The position numbers and the translations under genes were made by a program. A stretch of 64,000 nucleotides of DNA from Eremomyces bilateralis CBS 781.70 (taxonomy: Eukaryota). Below the pieces are notes generated by a model, which worked only from the letters and a program-made list of their open reading frames with translations, did not search any database and was not told the origin of the DNA. The DNA is taken from NCBI GenBank assembly GCA_010015585.1, contig ML975162.1; one strand, 5' to 3'. This document shows positions 1-11,111 of the stretch, piece by piece; within the stretch, counting starts at the first letter, position 1, and each line of letters begins with the position of its first letter.

Positions 1-1431
1 CTCCTGGGGCACCTGCCCACCGTCCCCGCCTCCAACGACCACCTCTCCTCCGCCTTTGACGCGTCCAACCACCATCCCTTTGGCCACGCTCTTCAGCACC
101 GCGCGACGAGACACGCCGGTCACGTCGATATAGACAAGCCCACAGTTCTTGACGCCGCCCGCGAGCTCCGCCGTCAACCCGCCGGCCTCGGCGCCATACC
201 GGTGCCCGACCATCTGCGTTGCCGCCGCTCCGCCGCTCGTCAGCAGCCGCGTGCCACCGTATGCGATCCCGTCCGCGACCGTGCTGAATGCAATCATGCT
301 CTTGTTCAGCAAGCCCGGCTTGTAGTTCTCGTTCTTGTACGGATTCCCCTTCTCGTCGTAGCCGATCTTGGATTCTTTCGTGCCGCGGCTCGCCAACTTG
401 GCGCCGATGTTCTGGGTGATGTGGCTGAGCTGCCCGACCGTCTTGGAGGAAAGGCCGGCCGCGCCGCCGGTGAATTGGTTGATTTTGCGGACGCGCGCGT
501 GGGTGTTGGGCTTGAAGTTCAAGGCTTTGTTGGCGGGCTTGGTCTTCGTGGTGAAGTTCTCGGCAGTGGATGCCATGAAATTCGAGACGTGGGAGGTTGC
601 GGTTACGATAAGGCGAGATGCAGCTGCGGCATTCTGTACCATGGAGCTGTCGCGGTAGGCCGGGTGTCGAGCCATCTCCAGATACTCCTCCGAAATTGCC
701 TGGACGTAGATATGATTGCCATCTTCGGAGACTTGGATCTCCACGGGAGCTGGAAACAGTCAGATCAGAACCAAGGACGGATGGAAATAGATACCCGTAC
801 TTTTTGTGCCATGCTTGAGCTTAGGATCCTCAATGACTGCAGCACCTTCGCCAAGCTCCCCAACAATGCTTCCGTTCTCTTCATCGATCAACACAACTTG
901 ACCGGGCATTCCACCGCCAGTACCTGCCGCATATCCCTCACCAGGTTTGAAGTTTGAAGGATTATACCCGTGGAGCCCCTTCTCAGGTGCTGGCGCTTTC
1001 TCCCGTTCCAAGAACGCCGTACACTGTGCGAGAATGGTCTCGAAGGTATCGATATCATCTTGCGTTACGGGATTCGGCCCTTTTCCCAGCGGAGGGAACT
1101 CAATTCGTGTAAAGGCGCCGGACTCTGGACCTAGATCCCAACGAGGAATCAAGTAGGAGTTCGGCGGTTGGTGGTAGATCTGTGTGGTCGCGGGGAGGGA
1201 GAGTTCAAGCTCGGGCGGGAGGTTCAGGTGAAGGTAGAAGTCGTCCTCGGGGACCTCAGCTTGTGTATTGCTGTTGGAGGGGTCGGAAAATGGGCTCGAC
1301 GTGGGGACCATGAGGAGCGAGAGGGTTTGCGGCCCAGAGGGGGTAAGGCTCGATTCTTCGCCATTCTGAATATGGTACGCTTTGATACCCGATATTGTGA
1401 AGAGAACGCGAGGATCATGATGTCCAGACAT
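1..1431 (-). CDS. Spartin/senescence-associated domain protein, 3' end beyond window edge
   Basis: ATG at 1431 (MSGHHDPRVLFTISGIKAYHI). A GT-AG intron at about 750-800 joins to an exon open to position 1, encoding ...KSMIAFSTVADGI...VGHRYGAEAG...LVYIDVTGVSRRAVLKSVAKG, typical of fungal senescence/spartin-family C-termini. Confidence 0.8.
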
Positions 1432-2222
1432 AGTGACAATTCCCCTCAATTCAACCTTGCTCTTGAACCAACAGGTGGCTTCAGGGACTCGGGAGGAGCT
1501 TTGGAGATGTTATGGAAAAGGTATAGTTTCGGTGTCGCGAGGGGAAGACTGTATAGGATATTCACGTCCACCGATAGAATACTTTGGGATTAAGAAACCC
1601 TATCGACGTCGTGGAAGGAAGGAAATGAAAGGATGCTGGTGGAAACCAACATGTGTGATCTTAGGCGCCGAGTCTTGTCGAGTTTGAGACGTCATTAGGA
1701 AGTGGCTGTGCATAATCAGGGTCTATGGCGCATCTACTATTCAGCCTCAACAGCGACTTGATGCCTGGGTGCCTTTGCCAGCTGAAACAGAAGTTGATCA
1801 GGATTTCTCAATCTCCCCCTTTCAGCCCTAGGTCAAGCCATCATCGAAAATACAACACGTATAAAATCCAAAAGCATATAGTCCAGTCTGGGATCCAATA
1901 TATTGTCTGCATTGTTAGGTCGAGCTATTCGTTCGGAGCATCCCTATCCTGCAGTCTGTCGTGTATCTCAAATGAGTGTCTGGTACTACTCATGGATGCG
2001 TTGTACCCCCTTCAGATATGAAAGAGCATATTTTGTGCGACGATACCTTCGATGATGCAAAGACGCGGATGCAAGACTCAAAATTATGGTCTTCCTGTAC
2101 TAAAAGAGAATTCCACCGTCGTATGCCCACGGATGGGGAAGAGAGAGGACTCCAAGTTCCCCCTACACTAATCTCGGCTGGCTGTACACATAGACTGTTC
2201 GTCCAAGTCTCTTCAGGTCGCG

Positions 2223-4550
2223 ATGAACCACATCATCACCGTAATTGGCTCGATTAAGGCGTTACTAAGTCGCTCTGGCCCAGTGAAACGCATATATGGC
2301 GCCGTTCGACACCATCTTCCAGAGCCGAATTTCTTAACATGGCACTATACATACTTCATCACTGTCTCCATGATTACGGCCATTATCTTATGGGGCTCCT
2401 CAACTCCGGAACATACTCTCTCATTTACCGATGCTCTCTTTCTTTGCGTCTCGGCCGTGACAGAAGCCGGACTTGTCACAGTCGACCTTTCAACTCTCAA
2501 TACATTCCAGCAGATTGTCTTATTCGGCTTGATCATGGTTGGCTCCGTGATATTCGTGTCCATTTTTGTCGTCCATATCCGTTTAGGGGCCTTCAAGCAT
2601 CGATTCAAAGAAGAGGTGGAGATCGCCGAGGCGCGAATGCAGACGAGGCGGCAGCAGATCTGGTCGGATTCAATGCGTCTTCCGTCATGGACACGGTCAA
2701 AGTCAACCAGCGAAGTTGTTGACCCTGGTGATGGAATGGATATAGAAGGGCATCCGCTCCCGCAGCATCAGATAGAACGGACCCACCACGTACCTGTCAG
2801 CCCTTCACCAGAGCTCTCCAATGAGCCACAAGGGCGACTATCCGTCGAATCTGAACCTGTTGAAGATCTACCGAGAAGAGATGTGGATGAGCCACAGGCA
2901 ACGAACAGTGACAGGATTTTGCGTTCAACACAGAATCTCGCGGCGACGTTACAGCCTTCGGAACCCGCGCCAGTTGGTGTCGAAGGGGCCCTTCAGCGAA
3001 CGCAATCAAGTCCGAGCCGCAACGTTTCGGGGGGGCAACGAATAGGATTTAGGCCAGACACCAAAGAAGCCAATATAGACACCTATCATCGGGCACCCGT
3101 ACGACCACAATCCATCCTACATCGAATCTTTACAGCCACCGGCGTCGGCGCAATTAGAGGACCAAGTCATTATGGTTTTCACCCATTGTCTTCTTCATTC
3201 CCAAGAACGCCATCGTCGGAAAGCGATTACCCAGGAACCTTCGATTCAGCACGACGGGGAAGGAATCACTCCTTTTTCGGCCTTTCCGACCTCGATAAAA
3301 AGAAGTTGGGAGGATGCGAGTATCGAGCCCTAAAATTCCTGGGGTTTGTTGTGCCACTCTATTCCCTTCTCTGGCAGCTATTGTCTGCATTGGCGCTTGG
3401 TGCGTGGATGGCACAACACAAACCAGATGTAGCGCGTCGGAACGGTATCAATCCATGGTGGTTAGGCGCCTTCAACGCCGTTTCTGCCTTCAACAACAGC
3501 GGGATGTCTCTGCTAGACTTGAACATGGTACCGTTTCAGTACTCCATCTATGTCGTAATCACGATGGGCCTTCTCATCCTGGTTGGCAACACCGCGTATC
3601 CCATCGTGCTTCGGCTTTTCATCTGGATGATTTCCAAGATCGCGCCGGATCGGCCAGAGTGGGACACGGACTACGGGACGCTGCGGTTTCTCCTCGACCA
3701 CCCTCGACGCTGCTACACGTACTTATTCCCAAGCACACATACGTGGTGGCTCCTGTTGTCACTGGTGGTTCTGAACACGATCGATTGTGTTGGCTTTATT
3801 GTCTTGAACATCGGAAACAAAGAGATCACATCTGTACCGCCGGGAATCGAGTTTCTCTCCGCATTGTTCCAAGCCATCGCTGTCCGGCAGGGCGGCTTCT
3901 CCATCGTCTCAATCTCTGCCAGTCGGGCTTCCCTGCAGGTGTTATACCTCTTCATGATGTACATCAATGCATACCCCGTCGTCATCGTCCTTCGAAACTC
4001 GAACATCTACGAAGAACGCTCGCTCGGCATCTACGCTGATGACACTGGCGTTTCTTCCGAGCCTGCCACACCCAGCCCCACCGAGATCGCACAATGGTTC
4101 ACAAAACGCTTCCTGCGCGGCCACCACCATCCTTCGCATGAACGGATCGAGTACTTTGTCCGCCATCAGTTCCGAGCCCAGCTTGCGCACGATGTGTGGT
4201 TGCTAATTCTAGCGGTGTTCCTCGTTGCCATCATTGAATCACCGCATATCGACCGCGATCCGTCGACGTACTCCATGTGGGCGATTATTTTCGAGGTCGT
4301 GAGCGCCTACGCGACCGTAGGTGTTTCGCTCGGGTTTCCCAACCAGACGTATAGTTTCTGCGGTGGGTGGAGAAAGCTGAGCAAGCTCGTGTTGTGTGGG
4401 GTGATGATGCGAGGCAGACATCGAGGGTTGCCTGTGGCCATCGACAAAGCGGTTATGCTTCCGAGAGAGGGGTTGATGGAAATGGAAGAGGAGGATCGGT
4501 GGCGGAGGGGAAGTCATAGGCCGGAGGTCGGGAAGGAGAGGAGAGATTGA
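2223..4550 (+). CDS. Trk-family (TrkH) potassium transporter
   Basis: 775-aa ORF with four MPM pore motifs (SAVTEAGL, SAFNNSGM, AVRQGGF, SAYATVGVS), a long hydrophilic loop after the first, and C-terminal MMRGRHRGLPVAIDKAV. Confidence 0.92.
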   Translation: MNHIITVIGSIKALLSRSGPVKRIYGAVRHHLPEPNFLTWHYTYFITVSMITAIILWGSSTPEHTLSFTDALFLCVSAVTEAGLVTVDLSTLNTFQQIVLFGLIMVGSVIFVSIFVVHIRLGAFKHRFKEEVEIAEARMQTRRQQIWSDSMRLPSWTRSKSTSEVVDPGDGMDIEGHPLPQHQIERTHHVPVSPSPELSNEPQGRLSVESEPVEDLPRRDVDEPQATNSDRILRSTQNLAATLQPSEPAPVGVEGALQRTQSSPSRNVSGGQRIGFRPDTKEANIDTYHRAPVRPQSILHRIFTATGVGAIRGPSHYGFHPLSSSFPRTPSSESDYPGTFDSARRGRNHSFFGLSDLDKKKLGGCEYRALKFLGFVVPLYSLLWQLLSALALGAWMAQHKPDVARRNGINPWWLGAFNAVSAFNNSGMSLLDLNMVPFQYSIYVVITMGLLILVGNTAYPIVLRLFIWMISKIAPDRPEWDTDYGTLRFLLDHPRRCYTYLFPSTHTWWLLLSLVVLNTIDCVGFIVLNIGNKEITSVPPGIEFLSALFQAIAVRQGGFSIVSISASRASLQVLYLFMMYINAYPVVIVLRNSNIYEERSLGIYADDTGVSSEPATPSPTEIAQWFTKRFLRGHHHPSHERIEYFVRHQFRAQLAHDVWLLILAVFLVAIIESPHIDRDPSTYSMWAIIFEVVSAYATVGVSLGFPNQTYSFCGGWRKLSKLVLCGVMMRGRHRGLPVAIDKAVMLPREGLMEMEEEDRWRRGSHRPEVGKERRD

Positions 4551-4842
4551 AGATTTCCATCTCTGATCCTGAGAAGAACGCAAAAGACGTCGTCGTGGAA
4601 GCGCTGCTATGGTTTTCAAGTCCGTTTTGGCGTTGTGGACGTTCCAAATCCCCTCAGTTGGTTCCATAATACCTTGTACGCCGACCCAAATCGTTCATCA
4701 CTTTCCTTCCGCGACCAACGCGAATGTTTCCCATCCCCTCCCTAGCAGATACGCCTATAGTAATGAAGATACGCTGTCCAGCACCCTCTCAGGAAGTCCA
4801 ATGGGTCTTATGATTCCATGAGAGAGTATTGTATGGCATTGG

Positions 4843-6882
4843 TCACCATTGATTAATCTTACTGGAGACCTCGCGGACATGTTTGCGTGCTAGATTTATG
4901 GCATCGGGTGGAACATATCTGCAATCGTTGAGGCAAAGATACTCCAACTTCGGGCAGTTCTTGACGAGGGCGCGAACAGCGACGCCGGTGATTGCGGTAT
5001 TGGTCAAATCCACTCTTTGAAGATTGGAGGCTTGGCCTAAACCGATAGTCAGCCTTACCTGGTTCCGTATTATTGGTCAAGAATTCCGACTCACTTGTCA
5101 ATTCGAGTATTGCTTCGTCGTCAACCCCGAAAAAGTCCCCGTTTTGAAGAATCAAAATCTCGACGGACTCGAACGTTTTCCATTGAAACATTTGCAGGAC
5201 AGGATTCCCGTCGTTAGTTGGGGAAGTAAAGCAAAGCGTAACTTCACGCAGAACGAACTCCGTCAACTTGATGTGTGTTTCTTGGGAGGCGTCATCGGGA
5301 CTCTGGAAATGTAGTATTCGCCTAAGAGCCTCTAATGAGACGTCTGCGTGCGATACGCGTAGGCATTGCAGATTCGGCATCATGTCACCTTGAAGGCACG
5401 ACTCATATCCATCTTCCGAAACCACAAGGTCCGTGATTGAAAGGAACGTTACTGTGGGAGGGACAATCGGATATGTACCCGGGGGAAGCTCGCAGTATTC
5501 CAGACGTTGCAGCGGGCACAAGTCGCAAAGAAAGCGAGTTGGTAGGGAATCCCCATTAACGCTAGGCAATCGAAGCAGTTTGACATTTGGTATGACTAGA
5601 CAAAATAGGTTCAACTACTCGGGATCAGTGATCATGGTCTTTGAAGAACAGGCAGATTCGGCATACCCATGTCTCGAGATAATCGTTGGCCGGACAGTAA
5701 ATATGCCTGATGGTAAAAGCTTCTAGCTCTCGGCTTGAGAAAGTTGGACTTGGCAGAGGTATGGAACGGTCTAACTCCATTGTCGCGTTAAGGTCGAGCC
5801 ATTTTAAGCTAGGAATATGTTGAAGCAGACTGTAGACGGCGTGATCGCTAAAATTCATATTCGGGCTATTCAACGTCAGTCGTTGGAGATTCGGAAATCG
5901 AACGCTTCGCATATCGCTCATGAATGTCTGCCAGTCCGAAAAGGAGGCGCTGACTTCCAGAGACCGCAGCTGGTGGCTCCTTGATAGAATACACGATCTA
6001 GCAGATCGCGAAAGAAAGTTTGTGCCAATCCTCAGAGAGTTGATCAGGCCAGTTCGCGGAAGAAGCCGTTCAACGGTACCGGGCTTGATCCTTTTCGACT
6101 TGGAGAGTAGCTCGATATCTCTCCATAGCGTTTGGGCCTGAGAAAGTCCGTCACGCCATGTTTTGCTCACTTGTAAGCAGAACCTATTTGGAATCAGCAG
6201 GGTAGGAGTATTCCAGGCGACGGATAGTTGGGCCATGGTCATTGGGGACGACAGTAAGTCAACTTACAGACGCTCCTTATAGGAGAGATTAAGAAATATC
6301 ATCTCCAGCACCTCCAGAGGTACGTTCCTCAGGGGATCGACTTTGGGGCCTATCTTCATAGAAAGCCTGTCATGCATTTGACAAAGTTCCTGTACAGTAT
6401 GAGTCCACGCTGTATGATTAACACGACTAATGAGCAGATGATACCAACCTTGTAGTGCGAATTTCTACGAGGCACTGATTTCAACCCTAACTTGTACAAA
6501 GAAAGTGCCTTCTTGTCCTTGAACCTCCCCTGCAACAATTTCCCCGCTCGAAGGTAACCCTGGATAATCAGCTTCTTGCTGACTCTTAGGGAATACAAGT
6601 CGCACCTTTCCCTCGCCGGGACATCTCTTCATCATCTGGTGAGCTTCTTGCAGAGCAAGGTCATTGTCGCCGTCGGCAGAGTGCATCGCGGAGCTGATGT
6701 CAAGGAAGTCGACACATTGATCGGGGTAGACCCTCAGAGCCTTTCGAACATAAGTAGGTCTTTGATACCATCGAATCCGTACCAACCTCTTGGAGGAGTT
6801 CAAATGCCTCCTCCTTCCGACCCTTCTTATACTCCGCCTTTGCGCGCTGAATGTACTCTGGTGGAGAAAATTTGAGAGGCAT
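4843..6882 (-). CDS. TPR + F-box + LRR protein (Pof3/Dia2-like SCF adaptor), multi-exon
   Basis: Spliced reading gives TPR-like helices (GYLRAGKLLQ...ALSLYKLGLK), an F-box (DPLRNVPLEVLEMIFLNLSYKERL/FCLQVSKTWRD) and LRR-like segments (FPNLQRLTL, SNLQRVDLTNTAIT...CPKLEYLCLNDC). About six GT-AG introns link the ORF fragments; stop TGA at 4843-4845. Confidence 0.8.
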
Positions 6883-7041
6883 TTTGATTAGATGAAGTAG
6901 GGAGCAGGCAATGAATCAAATGAAGAAGCCAATAATATAGCCTTAATAGTGGTATGTGAATCCAGCAGATGCTACCTAAGTATGAATGGAAGATACAAAA
7001 TGGGAATTGCAATAACACGGTAAAGGGGACATTTCAAGGAG

Positions 7042-7058
7042 ACGCGTGGTCACGTGAC
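7042..7058. promoter_or_regulatory. MCB-like ACGCGT next to a palindromic E-box GTCACGTGAC in the divergent F-box/urease promoter
   Basis: ACGCGT at 7042-7047 and GTCACGTGAC at 7049-7058 in a 443-bp intergenic region between divergent starts. Function is inferred only from the motif match. Confidence 0.45.
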
Positions 7059-7325
7059 AGGGCTAGGAATAATGCATTTCTGGCCTTTCTCGTCAGCCGG
7101 AGTTCTTATCGTGACATCAAGGCAACACACCCCGCAAATCAGCAGATACAGGGGCAAAGTACTTATTTACAGTTCCTAACAATTCACAATCATATTTTCC
7201 TCTATATTGAAAAGCAGTTGACCTTGATACATTCTTGTCAAATGGTCAATCTTGTCTGAATTTTCGTTGCGCTGTCCCAATTGCAGGGCGTGGAGTAGTT
7301 GAGCTCAATACGATAGTCAACCAAG

Positions 7326-10300
7326 ATGCGTCTCGTCCCTAAGGAGGTCCGTCTCCTTCCAATCCTTGAAACCACACACATACTTGTCGTGGCTCGTGAC
7401 GGGACCACGCTATGGTTTCGTACTGACATTGTGGTCCAGATCGATAAGCTTCTCATATCTCAGCTTGGACAACTGTCCCAGAGGAGGTTGGCAAGGGGTG
7501 TGCGGCTAAACCATTCTGAAGCAGCTGTACGTGACAAAACTGGAGTTGGAGAAAACGAATTTTCAGGGTTCCAACGGCTAATTGCGTAATTTAACAAGGC
7601 CTTGGTTGCACATGTGCTTCAAGAGGTTTGTCCCCAACGATCCATTCTCTCCAAGGGGTGTCAAAGTATAGTAGGGCTGATCACTCACTACAGCTAATTC
7701 GCGATGGAAACCACAATGTTGCTGCCCTCATGTCATTTGGTGCCACGATCCTCGGACGGCGACATGTCCTTCCTTCTGTTGTCGAATCCCTAGTGCCCCT
7801 ACAGGTTGAAGGCACCTTTCCCTCCGGGACGTACCTCGTGACAGTTGACGCTCCTATCAGCACGGATGATGGTAACCTAGAAAGAGCTTTGTATGGCAGC
7901 TTCCTCCCAATCCCTTCGCAAGACAAGTTTCCTCCTTGGGAAACCCAGGTCTGGGACAAAGACAAGATGCCCGGCGCAGTCATGGTCGTGAAAGGCGAAG
8001 CAGGCAAGATCAAACTAAACGAAGGCCGCAAGAGGATCAGATTGAGGGTAGTTAGTAAGGGAGACAGGCCGATTCAAGTTGGATCGCATTACCACTTTAT
8101 CGAAACGAACCCCCAACTCGAATTTGACCGTGTCCGGGCCCATGGCTATCGGCTTGATATCCCAGCCGGGACATCCGTCCGATTCGAAGCAGGCGATGCC
8201 AAGACCGTGACGCTTGTGGAAATTGGCGGCAATCGTATAATTCGTGGCGGCAACAATATTGCAAGCGGTTGCGTCGATGATGTTGCTGTCAAAGCTCATA
8301 TCGAGGAGAATATCAGAAAAGGAGGATTCCTTCATGCGCCGGATCCCACTGCGGATGAGAGCCTTGTGTTTGAGATGGCAACAATGGAGCGAGAAGCATA
8401 TGTGACGATGTTTGGTCCAACCACCGGTGATTTGGTGAGACTCGGTGCCACAGACCTATGGATTCGAGTCGAGAAAGATTTTGGACGGTTCGGAGAAGAA
8501 TGCTCTTTCGGTGGAGGTAAGACCATTCGGGAAGGGATGGGCCAAGCAAGCGGACGTAGCGACCACGAGACGCTTGATACGGTGATAACTAATGCTCTCA
8601 TTCTTGACTGGACCGGTATCTACAAGGCAGATATCGGAATCAAGCACGGGATCATCGTTGGCATCGGACAAGCTGGCAATCCGGATATCACCGAAGGCAT
8701 CACTGAGGGCATGATAGTGGGCAATTGCACCGATGTAATCGCAGGAGAAAACAAGATCATAACAGCGGGTGGGCTCGATACGCACATTCACTTCATCTGC
8801 CCTCAGCAAGCCGAAGAAGCTATCAGCTCAGGGATCACTACGATGCTAGGCGGTGGTACAGGCCCAAGGTGAGTGGTAAATTTCCTACGTTTCTTGTCCT
8901 GCTTGTGTTTATATACTCTAATTTACCAATCTGGATATATGTGGGTGGCTTGGGAGTGTGTTGCACCCATTAAGTGCCATGTTCTCAGGTTTCGGCACAC
9001 AGGCCGGGGTTCACTTGTTAGATGCGTACGTGGGTTCTAGTCCTGCGTACGCGGTTTCGATTCCAGGGGCTAGCACCACATAGCAAAATATTGGCAGCGC
9101 TGGAGTATTTCTCCAGATTCTACAGAAAAATAATTCGCAAACCCTCGTAGAGAGTTTCGGGGTCCCCACCGAGGTGGACCAGCTTTTGCTTCTCATTCCT
9201 ACGCACTCTTTTTTTCGCAACTCTCTTTTGATGGCTGCTGATTCGTTTACTAGTACCGCTACAAATGCTACTACGTGTACTCCAGGTGCTACTCATATCC
9301 GTCAAATGCTTCAAGCAATTGATGTTTTGCCTGTGAACTATGGGATCACAGGTAAGGGCAATGATGCGGATCAACTCCCTCTCAAAGAGCAAGTCGCCGC
9401 CGGTGTCTGTGGTCTCAAATTGCATGAAGATTGGGGCTGTACTCCGGCCGCCATCGACACTTGTCTCTCGGTCTGTGATGATTATGATATCCAGTGTCTG
9501 ATCCACACCGATACGTTGAACGAGTCCGGCTTTGTTGAGCAGACCATCGACGCATTCAAGAACCGTACCATCCACACCTACCATACAGAAGGTGCTGGCG
9601 GCGGCCACGCCCCTGACATCATCCGTGTTGTGGAGCTCGAGAATGTGTTGCCGTCCAGCACGAACCCGACGCGGCCATTCACGGAAAACACCCTGGACGA
9701 GCATCTCGACATGCTAATGGTATGCCACCACCTCTCCAAGAACATCCCCGAGGACGTCGCGTTTGCCGAGTCCCGGATCCGAGCGGAGACCATCGCGGCG
9801 GAAGACGTGCTACACGACCTCGGCGCCATCTCCATGATGTCCTCCGACTCGCAAGCCATGGGCCGCTGCGGCGAAGTGATCCTCCGCACTTGGACTACGG
9901 CGCACAAGAACAAAGTGCAGCGCGGCCCGCTCCCCGAAGACAAAGACATCGGCGCCGACAACACCCGCGTCAAGCGCTATCTCAGCAAGTATACGATCAA
10001 TCCGGCCATCGCGCAGGGGATGGGCCACCTGATCGGTAGCGTGGAGGTCGGCAAGTTCGCGGACCTGGTCCTCTGGAACTTCGCGAACTTCGGCGTCAAG
10101 CCGCAGATGGTGATCAAGGGCGGGATGATCTCACACGCGCAGATGGGCGACCCGAACGCAAGCATCCCGACTGTGGAACCGATCTACATGCGGCCGATGT
10201 TCGCCGTGTCGGTGCCGAGTACCAGCATCACGTTCGTGAGCCAGGCGAGCGTGGATAACGGGGTGGTGGCGGGCCATGGGTTGAGGAAGCGGGTGGAGCC

Positions 10301-10520
10301 GGTGAAGAATTGTAGGAAGATTGGGAAGTCGGATATGAAGTGGAATGATTTGAAGCCGAAGATGAAGGTGGACCCGGAGAGTTATGTAAGTGAATCTGGC
10401 TGTGGCGATAGATCAAGAGTGCTAACTAACGGGATATAGAAAGTCGAAGCGGACGGCATGCATTGTACGGCAGAGCCAGCAGAGACGTTGCCGCTTACAC
10501 AAAGTTATTTCATATACTGA
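7326..10520 (+). CDS. URE1: Urease (single-chain fungal gamma-beta-alpha fusion), 6 exons
   Basis: Exons about 7326-7346, 7440-7526, 7599-7625, 7694-8868, 9254-10385, 10440-10520. Motifs [28 protein letters not shown] and the Ni-site motifs [55 protein letters not shown]. Confidence 0.98.
8890..9215 (+). other. Structured insert in urease intron 4: candidate Pol III-type ncRNA or SINE-like element
   Basis: Several stems, a TATA-like run, B-box-like loops, an oligo-T tract and a flanking TTCCTACG direct repeat (see findings). No family assignment is possible by eye. Confidence 0.4.
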
Positions 10521-10796
10521 CCTATGTGGACACATGTATTACGACGCAATGGATCGTTTCATTCGTAGTTAGATATGTCGGTCGAAGAGTTCACGAAAAG
10601 TCCAAGTCCGCATTTGCTAGTTCTCAGACATCCTGTTTATCGCTCATCGGATACCACCAGCATCAGATCTGTCCGTTACGCCTTTTCCGCGACCACGGCA
10701 AGCACCTGCATCCATATTTCCCACCCAGGTTCCCAAGGATACGTTCTCGCCATGGCCCATCTGCATTCACACCTGATTTCGCGAATCTGCCCGTGA

Positions 10797-11111
10797 CTAC
10801 CTTTGGGGAGTACCGCAAGTATAGTGAGGGATTATCTGCACTCCTTGGAGTGCCAGTTTGTCGCAGCAAGGGTGAGTATGAGCCTTTGAACAAGCGCAGC
10901 AGTGCATAGAACATTTTCCGCTTCGAGTAACCTTGTAATAAGTCAAGAACAGAGCAACCGCGATTACGGCTGCGAAAATGAAGAAATGCCAGTCAAGGTA
11001 GAGCTCGTGAATAAGGAAAACAATGCTACCAAGGATGGTGGCAAAAAAGGCGCCAAAGAACACCATCCCGACGTAATACCAGTCCGAAATTTCAACACGT
11101 GGTGGAGGCAT
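10797..11111 (-). CDS. Small hypothetical membrane protein (two TM segments, Cys/His-rich tail)
   Basis: From the ATG at 11111: MPPPRVEISDWYYVGMVFFGAFFATILGSIVFLIHEL...FFIFAAVIAVALFLTYYK...CSMHCCACSKAHTHPCC. It lies within a longer 294-codon frame (to 11681), so the true start is uncertain. Confidence 0.45.
   Translation of the reverse strand: MPPPRVEISDWYYVGMVFFGAFFATILGSIVFLIHELYLDWHFFIFAAVIAVALFLTYYKVTRSGKCSMHCCACSKAHTHPCCDKLALQGVQIIPHYTCGTPQR

Noticed and set aside
202..957. 251-aa plus-strand ORF
   Set aside because: Antisense shadow of the spartin-domain gene; no recognisable motifs.
1976..2257. ORF overlapping the Trk start (possible uORF or extra exon)
   Set aside because: No convincing splice signals or similarity; cannot be told from chance.
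8869..9253. TPP riboswitch, RNase P/MRP or tRNA identity for the urease intron cassette
   Set aside because: Only fragments match (ATCTGGATA; CTGAGA on the antisense strand; GTGGTAAATTTCCTACG; a T-loop-like hairpin and a chance CACCA). The full TPP core, the CR-I/CR-V order and a cloverleaf are absent. SRP RNA is not called either, because a clean helix-8 motif could not be identified.
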